From assembly GCA_038244765.1 (NCBI GenBank), contig JBBRTC010000003.1:1332-65331 (forward strand): a stretch of DNA of 64,000 bases, in the 5' to 3' direction. Under the pieces are notes generated by a model. It had not been told where the DNA came from. It was given only the letters and a program-made list of their open reading frames with translations, and searched no databases. This document shows positions 1-9,041 of the stretch, in pieces. Numbering within the stretch: position 1 is the first letter of the stretch; each line of letters begins with the position of its first letter. The translations under genes were made by a program, and so were the position numbers. The DNA is from Candidatus Nanopelagicales bacterium (lineage in GTDB: Bacteria > Actinomycetota > Actinomycetes > S36-B12 > JBBRLC01).

Positions 1-699
1 ATCGCGTACGCGGCGCAGCAACCGATTCGCGATTCGCGGCGTACCGCGCGAACGACCAGCGATCTCGTCACGACCGTCATCATCGATGCGTACATCGAGC
101 AATCCAGCGGACCGCTTCAGGATCCGCTGGATTTCTCCGGTTTCGTAGAAGTCCATATGCGCGGTGAAACCAAAGCGGTCGCGCAGCGGCGGCGGGAGCA
201 AGCCAGCCCTCGTCGTCGCGCCCACCAATGTGAACGGCTCCAAATCGAGCGGAATCGCCGTAGCCCCAGGGCCTTTGCCAACAATGACATCCACCCGAAA
301 GTCCTCCATCGCCAGGTAGAGCATTTCTTCTGCGGGTCGGGCCATTCGATGGATCTCGTCGAGGAAAAGCACCTCGCCTGGTTGCAAGGAACTCAGCACT
401 GCGGCCAAATCGCCTGCGTGTTGAATTGCGGGCCCAGACGTGACGCGGATCGGCATGCCAAGTTCGGCGGCGATGATGAGGGCGAGGGTCGTCTTCCCCA
501 GCCCGGGCGGCCCGGACAGCAGTACATGATCGGCGGCTCCGCCACGCCCGACGGCGGCCTGAAGAACCAACGAGAGTTGATCCTTCACTCGGCCCTGGCC
601 GATGAATTCGGTCAGGTCCCGAGGCCTGAGCGCTCCTTCGACCGTGACGTCGTCGGCCACCGTGTTGGCGTCGACAAGCCGTATGTCCGCGTCGCTCAT
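1..699 (-). CDS. ruvB: Holliday junction branch-migration ATPase RuvB, N-terminal ~233 aa (3' end lies before window start)
   Basis: Own translation of the minus strand from ATG 699: [14 protein letters not shown]... Walker [10 protein letters not shown], Walker [27 protein letters not shown] overlap with the ruvA stop. Absent from the ORF track because it is truncated. Confidence 0.95.
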   Translation of the reverse strand, partial: MSDADIRLVDANTVADDVTVEGALRPRDLTEFIGQGRVKDQLSLVLQAAVGRGGAADHVLLSGPPGLGKTTLALIIAAELGMPIRVTSGPAIQHAGDLAAVLSSLQPGEVLFLDEIHRMARPAEEMLYLAMEDFRVDVIVGKGPGATAIPLDLEPFTLVGATTRAGLLPPPLRDRFGFTAHMDFYETGEIQRILKRSAGLLDVRIDDDGRDEIAGRSRGTPRIANRLLRRVRD

Positions 700-1343
700 C
701 CGCGGTCCAAACTGCGAAGAGCGCGGCGGAGCAGTCCGGCAACGTTGGGCTCCTCGATCTCGACCGACCCATTGGCACGGCGCTCTTCGGCAACTTCGTC
801 GGCTACTCGATCCACGGCCACATCGGCATCACGAGTCGTCCATCCCAAGCCGGTGAGCGCGGCATGTACCTGGTCGCGCCAGGGGCCCTGGCCTTTAGCA
901 CTTCGCGTCATGTCGGTGAGGTCAACCGTCGTGGACGACCGCGGTGAGCCGAGCCGGTCCTTCAGCTCCAGCACCATGCGCTGAGCACCCTTACGACCCA
1001 CGCCAGAAATGCGAGTGAGCGTGGCCAAGTCCTCGGAGGCGATCGCCCGACGCAGATCGTCAGGACGCAACGTGGCGAGCGCTCCGAGTGCGATCCGCGG
1101 GCCGATCCCGGACACTGTTTGCAACACGTCGAAGACGACGCGTTCATCGTCGTCAGCGAAGCCGTACAGCGTCAGCGAGTCCTCGCGAACGACCATGCTC
1201 GTCGGTAGATGCGCCTCGTGTCCGACTCGCAAACCCGCGATTGTTTGAGGCGTACATGCGACGAGGAGCCCTACTCCTCCCACTTCGACGACGGCGGCAT
1301 CAGGTTGCAGCTCATCGACACGCCCGCGTACAAACGCGATCAT
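696..1343 (-). CDS. ruvA: Holliday junction DNA-binding protein RuvA
   Basis: ORF 696..1445. RuvA-like sequence begins at internal ATG 1343 ([12 protein letters not shown]...). HhH motifs ([16 protein letters not shown]). ATGA overlaps with the ruvC stop and the ruvB start. Confidence 0.93.
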   Translation of the reverse strand: MIAFVRGRVDELQPDAAVVEVGGVGLLVACTPQTIAGLRVGHEAHLPTSMVVREDSLTLYGFADDDERVVFDVLQTVSGIGPRIALGALATLRPDDLRRAIASEDLATLTRISGVGRKGAQRMVLELKDRLGSPRSSTTVDLTDMTRSAKGQGPWRDQVHAALTGLGWTTRDADVAVDRVADEVAEERRANGSVEIEEPNVAGLLRRALRSLDRG

Positions 1344-1894
1344 CGGATCACCTCGACGCGTTGCTGGGTAGAAGTGCGGGAAGCAGTCTGGGCACGGACG
1401 GCATCGTCGAGGCGTTGCGTGGCATTGCCCCGCCACAGATGGCAAATGGCCAGCGCAAGTGCATCGGTGGCATCGGCCGGCTTGGGCGTGGCAGTCAACT
1501 TCAGCAGTTTCGTGACCATCATCGCAACTTGTGCTTTGTCGGCACGACCGGACCCGGTGACTGCGGCTTTCACTTCACTCGGCGTGTGCAGCGCGACCGG
1601 GATGCCCCGGCGGGTCGCTGCGACGATCGCTACGGCGCTCGCTTGCGCTGTCCCCATCACGGTCCGCACGTTGTGTTGACTAAACACTCGCTCAATTGCC
1701 ACGACATCTGGCGAATGGTCATCCAGGGCACTGTTGAAGTGACGATCGAGTTCGATCAAGCGATCGCCGATCGCGTCGGTGGGTCGGGTCCGCGCCACCT
1801 CGACGCAGACCATCGAGACCCTCCTCGAGGCTGATCCGTCGACAACCGCGATCCCGCAGCGAGTCAGTCCGGGGTCGATCGCCAGGACGCGCAT
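1340..1894 (-). CDS. ruvC: Crossover junction endodeoxyribonuclease RuvC
   Basis: ORF 1340..1924. Internal ATG 1894 gives [19 protein letters not shown]..., a typical RuvC N-terminus. ruvC-ruvA-ruvB order. Confidence 0.93.
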   Translation of the reverse strand: MRVLAIDPGLTRCGIAVVDGSASRRVSMVCVEVARTRPTDAIGDRLIELDRHFNSALDDHSPDVVAIERVFSQHNVRTVMGTAQASAVAIVAATRRGIPVALHTPSEVKAAVTGSGRADKAQVAMMVTKLLKLTATPKPADATDALALAICHLWRGNATQRLDDAVRAQTASRTSTQQRVEVIR

Positions 1895-1949
1895 CTCGGA
1901 CCTCCCCGGCGAAATCCTTCCCACACCGAGCTACCTAGCGCCCCGGCCG

Positions 1950-1967
1950 TCCGAACATGTGTTCGGA
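1950..1967. promoter_or_regulatory. Candidate LexA (SOS) box upstream of ruvC
   Basis: Perfect palindrome TCCGAACatgtGTTCGGA with the core GAAC-N4-GTTC of the actinobacterial SOS box. Lies 56-73 nt upstream of the ruvC ATG. Confidence 0.6.
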
Positions 1968-2081
1968 TACCTCACCCTAACGATGCGGTCTCACACGGGC
2001 GGGGCGACTCGCCCAGCCGAATCCACCCACATCGCGGGAGTTGGCCCATCTTTAGGGCGCTCCTGTCCGCCGGTGAGCTGG

Positions 2082-2831
2082 TTAGCTGATGGCCTCGAGT
2101 ATCTCGTCGCTGACGTCGAAGTTTGCGTAGACATTTTGTACGTCGTCGCTGTCTTCGAGGGCATCTATGAGGCGGAAGATCTTGCTCGCGCCCTCTTCGT
2201 CGAGTTCGACTGTGACGCTGGGCAGGAACGACGCCTCGGCGGATTCGTAATCGATTCCAGCGGACTGCAGCGCCGTGCGGACAGCGACGAAGTCGGTCGC
2301 CTCGCTGACCACTTCGAAGGCCTCGCCCAGGTCATTGACCTCTTCGGCTCCCGCATCGAGTACGGCATTGAGGACATCGTCCTCGCTCAACGACCCGTTG
2401 GGCACGATCACGACTCCCTTGCGATGGAACATGTAGGAAACCGAGCCAGGATCCGCCATCGATCCACCATTGCGGGTCACGGCGACGCGCACGTCAGAAG
2501 CGGCTCGGTTCCGGTTGTCTGTCAGGCACTCGATCAGCAAGGCGACACCGTGGGTGCCGTAGCCCTCGTACATGATCGTTTGCCAGTCTGCCCCGCCGGA
2601 CTCGGCCCCGCTACCGCGTTTGACTGCCCGGTCGATGTTGTCAATCGGGACCGAATTCTTTCGCGCCTTTTGCATCGCGTCGTAGAGCGTGGGGTTGCCG
2701 TCGGGGTCGCCGCCGCCGGTTCGCGCAGCCACTTCGATGTTCTTGATCAGCTTCGCGAACAGTTTGCTGCGCTTGGCATCAACAACGGCCTTCTTGTGCT
2801 TGGTCGTAGCCCACTTGGAATGGCCGCTCAT
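2082..2831 (-). CDS. yebC: YebC/PmpR family DNA-binding transcriptional regulator
   Basis: [37 protein letters not shown]... is the hallmark YebC N-terminus. Conserved position next to ruvC. Confidence 0.93.
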   Translation of the reverse strand: MSGHSKWATTKHKKAVVDAKRSKLFAKLIKNIEVAARTGGGDPDGNPTLYDAMQKARKNSVPIDNIDRAVKRGSGAESGGADWQTIMYEGYGTHGVALLIECLTDNRNRAASDVRVAVTRNGGSMADPGSVSYMFHRKGVVIVPNGSLSEDDVLNAVLDAGAEEVNDLGEAFEVVSEATDFVAVRTALQSAGIDYESAEASFLPSVTVELDEEGASKIFRLIDALEDSDDVQNVYANFDVSDEILEAIS

Positions 2832-3424
2832 CGCTGTTTCACCATTTCGACGAAGTATCGGTGAACTCGGGGGTCACCGGTGAGTTCTGGGTGGAACGAC
2901 GTCGCGAGCACCTTGCCTTGTCGAACCGCGACGATCCTACCGGCGGCAGGTCCCCCCTCGATCGTGGCGAGCACTTCGACCTCGGGTCCGGTGGACTCAA
3001 CCCATGGGGCGCGTATGAACACAGCATGCAAGGGTTCGGGCCCAAGGCAGGGCATCGCCAGATCGGATTCGAAGGAGTCCACTTGGCGGCCGAACGCGTT
3101 TCGCCGTACGACCACGTCGAGTCCCCCGAAGGTCTGTTGATCCGGGCGCCCGTCCATCACTCGCTGCGCGAGCATGATCATTCCCGCACAGGATCCATAA
3201 GCCGGAAGGCCTTCGCGAATTGCGCGAGTGATCGGTGCGACCAGGCCATTGGAACTGGCCAGCAGGGACATCGTGGTGGACTCCCCGCCGGGGACCACCA
3301 GCGCGTCGAGGCCTTCGAGGTGATCGGCACTGCGCACCTGGCGGGTCTGCACCCCGCAGGCGGCGAGCACGTCTTCGTGCTCTCGCACGTCGCCTTGCAA
3401 GGCGAGGACACCAATGGTGGTCAC
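2828..3424 (-). CDS. pdxT: Pyridoxal 5'-phosphate synthase glutaminase subunit PdxT
   Basis: [20 protein letters not shown]...; class I glutamine amidotransferase Cys (GSCAGMIML). 4-nt overlap with yebC. Lies downstream of pdxS. Confidence 0.93.
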   Translation of the reverse strand: MTTIGVLALQGDVREHEDVLAACGVQTRQVRSADHLEGLDALVVPGGESTTMSLLASSNGLVAPITRAIREGLPAYGSCAGMIMLAQRVMDGRPDQQTFGGLDVVVRRNAFGRQVDSFESDLAMPCLGPEPLHAVFIRAPWVESTGPEVEVLATIEGGPAAGRIVAVRQGKVLATSFHPELTGDPRVHRYFVEMVKQR

Positions 3425-3459
3425 GTCAGCAATCCTCCCCGATCAACGTCGGAGCGTTG

Positions 3460-4452
3460 CTACCAGCCGCGGGCGGCGTACCTCTCACTGTCGGCAAGCG
3501 TGTCGAGGTTGATGCCGACCATCGCTTCCCCGAGCCCACGCGAGACCTTGGCCAACACGTCCGGGTTGTCGAAGTGCAACGTCGCTTGAACGATGGCTTC
3601 CGCTCGCTTTACTGGATCGCCGGACTTGAAAATGCCCGAACCGACGAACACGCCCTCAGCACCGAGTTGCATCATCATCGCCGCGTCGGAGGGAGTCGCA
3701 ATCCCGCCTGCGGTGAACATGACCACGGGCAATTTGCCGCGCTCGGCGACTTCAGCGACCAATTCGTACGGGGCGCCGAGTTCTTTCGCCGCGTTGTAGA
3801 GCTCCTCGGAGCCCATCGATGCGATCCGGCGGATGTCGCCGATCATTTGACGCATGTGGCGGGTGGCCTCAACGACGTTGCCGGTGCCAGCTTCGCCCTT
3901 AGAACGGATCATGGCCGCGCCCTCGGCGATGCGCCGCAACGCCTCACCGAGGTTCGTTGCTCCGCACACGAAAGGAACAGTGAAAGCCCACTTGTCGATG
4001 TGGAGTTTCTCGTCTGCCGGTGTGAGGACCTCAGATTCATCGACGTAGTCCACGCCGAGGGCTTGCAACACCTGGGCTTCTACAAAGTGCCCGATACGCG
4101 CCTTCGCCATCACCGGAATCGACACGGCCTCGATGATTCCGTCGATCATGTCCGGGTCGGACATGCGGGCGACTCCCCCGTCGCGGCGGATGTCGGCCGG
4201 CACGCGCTCCAGTGCCATCACCGCAACGGCGCCAGCGTCTTCGGCGATCTTGGCTTGATCAGGGGTGACGACATCCATGATGACGCCGCCCTTGAGCATC
4301 TCGGCCATTCCGCGTTTGACCCGCGCGGTACCCACAGCGGTTGTTGCGTCGTCGCCGTGAGCGGGGCGGGCGGTGCCGGACTCGCTGGACACAGGAACCT
4401 CTTTCTCGCGCCGTACGGGCGCCGAATCGGGATCGTCAGAAGATGACTCCAT
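3460..4452 (-). CDS. pdxS: Pyridoxal 5'-phosphate synthase lyase subunit PdxS (start uncertain, acidic N-terminal extension)
   Basis: ...[52 protein letters not shown]... is highly characteristic of PdxS/SnzP. Confidence 0.93.
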   Translation of the reverse strand: MESSSDDPDSAPVRREKEVPVSSESGTARPAHGDDATTAVGTARVKRGMAEMLKGGVIMDVVTPDQAKIAEDAGAVAVMALERVPADIRRDGGVARMSDPDMIDGIIEAVSIPVMAKARIGHFVEAQVLQALGVDYVDESEVLTPADEKLHIDKWAFTVPFVCGATNLGEALRRIAEGAAMIRSKGEAGTGNVVEATRHMRQMIGDIRRIASMGSEELYNAAKELGAPYELVAEVAERGKLPVVMFTAGGIATPSDAAMMMQLGAEGVFVGSGIFKSGDPVKRAEAIVQATLHFDNPDVLAKVSRGLGEAMVGINLDTLADSERYAARGW

Positions 4453-4499
4453 CGTACGGCCCCGCGGGCATTTCGCTCACCGGCTCAAGGTGCGCCGCG

Positions 4500-5546
4500 T
4501 CAGCGCACGGAGATGGGGGACTTCTTGTTCACCAGAAGCACCCACACCTGACCGACCCCGAATGGAAGGCGTTGGCCGTTAGCGCCGAGGTACGTCGTGC
4601 CGGCCGACAGCGAAGGACGCGACCATGTCACCGGCCACGCGCGGCCATCGCGTAGGACCCAACCCTTCCCGGTGCCAGTCGTCACGGACAGCGGTGTCTT
4701 CTCGCCAAACTTGTCGCCGTACCCGGAGTTCTTCTCCTTGACGTACTGGACGACCACTGTCGTCGCGTACTGGCCGCCCCCTTCGGAGGCCCGTGCGGGT
4801 CGACCGTTGAGCGACACCTTGTAAGTGCGCGTGCTGGGCACCCAGACAAATCCCGCCGATGACGATGGCCACGTTGCCCGCATGGTGGTACCAGCGCGAC
4901 CACCCACGGGGATGTCGGTCGAGAAGACAAAGCCAATGTCTTTTGCCGTACCTGCCTTAGGCGCACGGGCCAAGAGTTGCGCCGACCTCCCCATGAGGTT
5001 GTACGGCGCGAAGCGACTGCTATCACGGAAATAGCCACGGCCGCCGGCGTCGTCGGACACGTCGTAGAACGGGGCGGACGCCAATGCTGGCTTGAGTTTG
5101 TGTTGAGCACCGGAGTATGCGAACGCCGGACGCCCGTATTGCGCGAAAAGTCCGATGTCAGTAATGCGAGCGCTTCGAATCGGTCCCACCACGCGCGGCA
5201 GCGTGGTCGCGAACACGGCCGCGATTCGAGTCAGGCCGCCTTCAACTTCCTCGATGTACACAACATCTGCTTGACGCAAGCCCACGTGTGGTTGAGCGGG
5301 TCGGGTGTTGTCGATCTTAACGATCAACACTTGTTTGCCCGCTCCCCCGATCCGTCCCGAAAACGGCGATGCATTCGAAACAGTGGTGGGACTCGGGCTC
5401 ACCGAGGCCGATGCTGACCCCGAGCCCGTCGTGGACGACGAGGCGGCCGTCGGTGCACCCGACGAGCACCCCGCAATCGCGACCGACCCCAAGGCTCCGA
5501 GGACACCGAGGCGGCGCAGAGATTTGATCAGGTGAGGAGTCAGCAC
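4500..5546 (-). CDS. Secreted lipoprotein, DUF3048-like
   Basis: Lipobox (VAIAGCSS) followed by a Ser/Thr-rich linker. Core VKIDNTRPAQPHVGLRQADVVYIEEVEGGLTRIAAVF resembles DUF3048 proteins (recognised by eye). Confidence 0.55.
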   Translation of the reverse strand: MLTPHLIKSLRRLGVLGALGSVAIAGCSSGAPTAASSSTTGSGSASASVSPSPTTVSNASPFSGRIGGAGKQVLIVKIDNTRPAQPHVGLRQADVVYIEEVEGGLTRIAAVFATTLPRVVGPIRSARITDIGLFAQYGRPAFAYSGAQHKLKPALASAPFYDVSDDAGGRGYFRDSSRFAPYNLMGRSAQLLARAPKAGTAKDIGFVFSTDIPVGGRAGTTMRATWPSSSAGFVWVPSTRTYKVSLNGRPARASEGGGQYATTVVVQYVKEKNSGYGDKFGEKTPLSVTTGTGKGWVLRDGRAWPVTWSRPSLSAGTTYLGANGQRLPFGVGQVWVLLVNKKSPISVR

Positions 5547-5581
5547 CGGGTGAGAGTACGTGCCGAGGGCAAACTAGTCGC

Positions 5582-6136
5582 TCAGCGGTCGACCAAGCCC
5601 GGAGGCGGCGTGTCGTCCATCTCGAACGTTGTCGGCCACGATGTGTGCCCAGCAAGGTGAAACCAGCGAGCCATCCGCTGTCTGCGAAGCAACCGCGCTT
5701 GGGCCACCGCATCGTTGAGGAATCGCCGCGACAACTCGACCCGCCGTACGGCCGACGCAAGTCCGCCGAACAACTCGCTTGCCCCAGGTTCGTCTTCGAT
5801 CTCAGTCAATTCTTCGCCCGCGGCAAAGGCGGCACCCAGGACGCGAGTCAACTCGCTTTCGACGAGACCGCGTTCGGCGTCGTCGTCAGGATCTGCGCCT
5901 TGTGAGTCCCGCGCCGCCTCAACAAGCAACAGGCTGGTCGCTGGATCAAGCAGGCCAGACGAAGCGACTTCAAGCGTCGACGCGCTACGTCGAAGCAACT
6001 GTGAGTCCAGCGAAATACGAGCCGTATCGATGCGGTGATGTAGGCGATCCAGTCGTCCCGCTGTCGAACTCAAATACAACCCAAACAAGGCCAGGAGGCC
6101 CAGAAGAACCACGATCAGCGGCCATTGATCACTCAC
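5582..6136 (-). CDS. Membrane-anchored hypothetical protein, distantly LemA-like
   Basis: N-terminal TM helix (WPLIVVLLGLLALFGLYL), then GRLDRLHHRIDTARISLDSQLLRRSA, reminiscent of LemA. GTG start overlaps the pimA stop (GTGA). Confidence 0.4.
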   Translation of the reverse strand: MSDQWPLIVVLLGLLALFGLYLSSTAGRLDRLHHRIDTARISLDSQLLRRSASTLEVASSGLLDPATSLLLVEAARDSQGADPDDDAERGLVESELTRVLGAAFAAGEELTEIEDEPGASELFGGLASAVRRVELSRRFLNDAVAQARLLRRQRMARWFHLAGHTSWPTTFEMDDTPPPGLVDR

Positions 6137-7326
6137 TCGTCGTCTCCAGCAGTCCGCGTGTTCCCCGACGTGCGAGAAAGCTTGCCAATGAGTTGACCCT
6201 TGAGATCCTCACGGACCGGCTGACCCTCAACGGTGACACTGGCATACACCTCGAGCACTGACGCCGCAACGACGTCCCAATCGAATTCGTGCGCCCTCGC
6301 GAGTCCGGCCTTCACGAATGACTCGCGCACGTCATCGTTGGTCAACGTGTCGATCAGTACCTCAGCGAGCGACTTGATGTCTTCGTTGTCAAAGAGTCGA
6401 CCTGCTCGCCCCTCGTCGAGCACGCGGCGAAACGCCTCGAGGTCGCTGGCCACCACGGCCGTTCCCGCCGCCATTGCTTCAAGCAGCACGATGCCGAAAC
6501 TCTCACCGCCGGTGTTCGGTGCGACGTACACGTCGGACTGGTGCAGCGCATCGACCTTTCCTTGTTCGCTCACGAGGCCAAGGAATGTGACCCGCTCCAA
6601 GACCTCGGCCGGGATTCCCTGGGTCGCGGCGTCGATGTCCCCCGGGCCGGCGACGAGTAGTCGTACGCCGGGAACCGCGTCGATTACTGCGGGGAGCGCG
6701 TCGAGCAAGATCTGCAACCCTTTTCGAGGCTCATCGATTCGACCGAGGAACATCAGAGTAGGCACCGACGTCGAAGACCTCGGCGAACTGTCGAGCCGTG
6801 CAAATCGTGCACATGCCACACCATTGGGGATGAGTACGGCGTCACTGCCCAGATGCTCGACGAGTGTTTGCCTGGCGTACTCACTGACCGCAATACGACC
6901 GGTGATCTTCTCTAGTCCGGTTTGGAGGAACGGCGCGGCAAAGGCCAACACGCGCGACCTGGTGTTGGAGGTGTGAAAAGTCCCCACGATCGGTCCGCGG
7001 GCGGCCCAACATGCGATGAGGCTCGTGCTCGGCGCGGATGGTTCGTGGACGTGCAATACGTCGAATTCCCCGTTACGCAACCACTTTCGTACTCGTGACG
7101 CCGCGGTCGGTCCGAAATTCACACGCGCGACCGATCCGTTGTAACTCACCGCGAGGGCCCGACCCGAGGACACCACATGGGCGGGAAGTACGGCGTCATC
7201 GGCCGCCGGAGTCAGAACACTGACGTCGTGTCCGAGATGGATGAGCGCTTCAGCAAGGTCGCGAACATGGGCCTGAACCCCGCCAGGGACAGACCAGTCG
7301 TAGGGGCAGACCAAACCCACCTTCAC
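6133..7326 (-). CDS. pimA: GT4 glycosyltransferase, phosphatidylinositol alpha-mannosyltransferase PimA
   Basis: VKVGLVCPYDWSVPGGVQAHVRDLAEAL... and C-terminal GT-B motif (ESFGIVLLEAMAAG). Start set at GTG 7326 (GTGA overlap with the upstream stop). Context pgsA1-patA-pimA. Confidence 0.85.
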   Translation of the reverse strand: MKVGLVCPYDWSVPGGVQAHVRDLAEALIHLGHDVSVLTPAADDAVLPAHVVSSGRALAVSYNGSVARVNFGPTAASRVRKWLRNGEFDVLHVHEPSAPSTSLIACWAARGPIVGTFHTSNTRSRVLAFAAPFLQTGLEKITGRIAVSEYARQTLVEHLGSDAVLIPNGVACARFARLDSSPRSSTSVPTLMFLGRIDEPRKGLQILLDALPAVIDAVPGVRLLVAGPGDIDAATQGIPAEVLERVTFLGLVSEQGKVDALHQSDVYVAPNTGGESFGIVLLEAMAAGTAVVASDLEAFRRVLDEGRAGRLFDNEDIKSLAEVLIDTLTNDDVRESFVKAGLARAHEFDWDVVAASVLEVYASVTVEGQPVREDLKGQLIGKLSRTSGNTRTAGDDE

Positions 7327-8228
7327 TGTTCTGACCCCGGTGCGCTGTCCAACCAAAAGCGCGCCATCATGTGCCAGTCCTGCGGCGATTGCTCTATCCC
7401 GACTGCGTATACGTCAGCAAGTTCCTGAGTCGCTTTGGCGAGCATGACCTGTCGCTCGGCTCCGAGATCCGGGATGACTTGCTCTCCTATCGTCGCACGC
7501 TGGTGGCGACCGTCGAATCGCAACGTGGCGGGATGCAACGCCGCACCGGTCTGCGCCGCGAGCAATGCGGGGCCGATCGGCATCTTGGTTCGACCGCCGA
7601 AGAAGTCGACTTCGATTCCGCGTTCGGTGAGATCACGGTCGGCCACCAAACACACCAGTCCTCCGGCACGTAAGTGGCCGATGAGCGCACGAAAGGTATC
7701 CGAGCCACCCCCGGTGAGGGGTAATACCGTCATCCCGAGCGATTCGCGATACGCGAGGAACTGGTCGTAGAGACCCTCCGGTTTGAGCCGCTCGGCCACC
7801 GTCATCAGAGGCCGGTGCTTGATGCATGCCCAGGCACCGGCGTGGTCCCAATTCGCCATGTGAGGGAGCGCGAGGACGACGCCACGCTCCGCCGCCAACG
7901 ACGCGACGAGCCGATCCTCATGGACACAGTCGAATCGATCGACGACCTCCGCTCGACTCCACTCGGGCAGCCTGAACGCTTCACACCAGTAGCGCAGGTA
8001 GGACCGCATGCCCGCCCGTGTCACGTCGTCGAGAGCGACATCTCCGGCACCGGCAGCAACGACACGAGCAAGGTTGGCACGCAAACGCTGAACACTCTTA
8101 CCGTTTCGTCGCCACGCCACGTCCGCGATGCGGTTGAACGCGGCGTACGCCTGTTTCTCGGGCATTCGGCGCACTGCCGCCCACCCCGCGCGATAACCCA
8201 ATTCAATGCCGCTATCTCGCACCATCAT
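7323..8228 (-). CDS. patA: Phosphatidylinositol mannoside acyltransferase (LPLAT/HtrB family)
   Basis: Lauroyl/myristoyl acyltransferase-like sequence (LALPHMANWDHAG...VADRD). ATGA overlap with the pgsA1 stop. Same position as Rv2611c. Confidence 0.75.
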   Translation of the reverse strand: MMVRDSGIELGYRAGWAAVRRMPEKQAYAAFNRIADVAWRRNGKSVQRLRANLARVVAAGAGDVALDDVTRAGMRSYLRYWCEAFRLPEWSRAEVVDRFDCVHEDRLVASLAAERGVVLALPHMANWDHAGAWACIKHRPLMTVAERLKPEGLYDQFLAYRESLGMTVLPLTGGGSDTFRALIGHLRAGGLVCLVADRDLTERGIEVDFFGGRTKMPIGPALLAAQTGAALHPATLRFDGRHQRATIGEQVIPDLGAERQVMLAKATQELADVYAVGIEQSPQDWHMMARFWLDSAPGSEQ

Positions 8229-8848
8229 GAGGCCGAACTCTCACGAGCAAAGGCTTGATGCACGGCCACCATGCGTTGGCCGACGGTGATGACGGTGAGT
8301 ACGGCGAGGATCATGAGCGCGATTTGCATGGCGTTCGGCACGTTGAGCCCAGCGAGTAGCGCGCCGATTGCGACGATGATGATTCGTTCAGACCTACCAG
8401 CGATGCCGACCGTGCACTCGACGCCAAGACCCTCAGCTCGCGCCTTCGTATAGGACACAAGAGTCCCGCCGATCAAGCACGTCACGGTCACACCGACCAT
8501 CCAGGGCGAGTCGGTGCGAACGAAATAGATCAGCAGGCCCGAGAACATCGCACCATCACCGACGCGATCCAGCGTGGAGTCCAGAAACGCTCCCCACTTC
8601 CCCGTCGAACCGGACAGCCGTGCCATCGTCCCGTCCAACATGTCCGAAAACGCAAAGCACGCGCACACGAGTAGCGCCCCAAGGAACTGACCTCGTGGCA
8701 GGAAGTACAGCGCGCTCGCGGAAAAGCCCACTGACCCGATGACCGTGACGGCGTCCGGCGTCAGGCCGACGGCGAGCAAAGCCCGCGCGACTGGTTGGAC
8801 GACTCGGGCTACGCCGGCCCGCACAGATTGGTTGTCGAGCATTCCCAT
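8225..8848 (-). CDS. pgsA1: CDP-alcohol phosphatidyltransferase (phosphatidylinositol phosphate synthase)
   Basis: Polytopic membrane protein with CDP-alcohol motif DMLDGTMAR...G...D...D (SDMLDGTMARLSGSTGKWGAFLDSTLDRVGD). Confidence 0.85.
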   Translation of the reverse strand: MGMLDNQSVRAGVARVVQPVARALLAVGLTPDAVTVIGSVGFSASALYFLPRGQFLGALLVCACFAFSDMLDGTMARLSGSTGKWGAFLDSTLDRVGDGAMFSGLLIYFVRTDSPWMVGVTVTCLIGGTLVSYTKARAEGLGVECTVGIAGRSERIIIVAIGALLAGLNVPNAMQIALMILAVLTVITVGQRMVAVHQAFARESSAS

Positions 8849-9041
8849 CCTTAGGTCGCCCCGGGTCGCTGAGGTCGACCGATCGTAGCCGCGTCATCCC
8901 TTGTGGCCGTGGATCGTCGGAATCGGTTGCCTCCGCATACCTAGGGGGTGAACAGTGACCGCACCACTAGGTCACTCAGGGATCGCTGGTACTAATCCCG
9001 TGAGGATCTCGCCAGCATCCCGGGCACGAGGAGGACTCACC

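Noticed and set aside
80-984. ORFs 80..793 (-) and 157..984 (+) listed in the track where I call ruvB and ruvA.
   Set aside because: Both are off-frame or antisense to an unambiguous RuvB translation (Walker A/B motifs) that the track omits only because it is truncated by the window edge.
8955-8975. GTGACC-N9-GGTCAC palindrome upstream of the EF-G-like gene, and a similar GTGACC-N3-GGTCAC at 60084-60098, considered as a shared operator.
   Set aside because: The spacer lengths differ (9 versus 3 nt), and 6-nt GC-rich half-sites are expected by chance in this composition.
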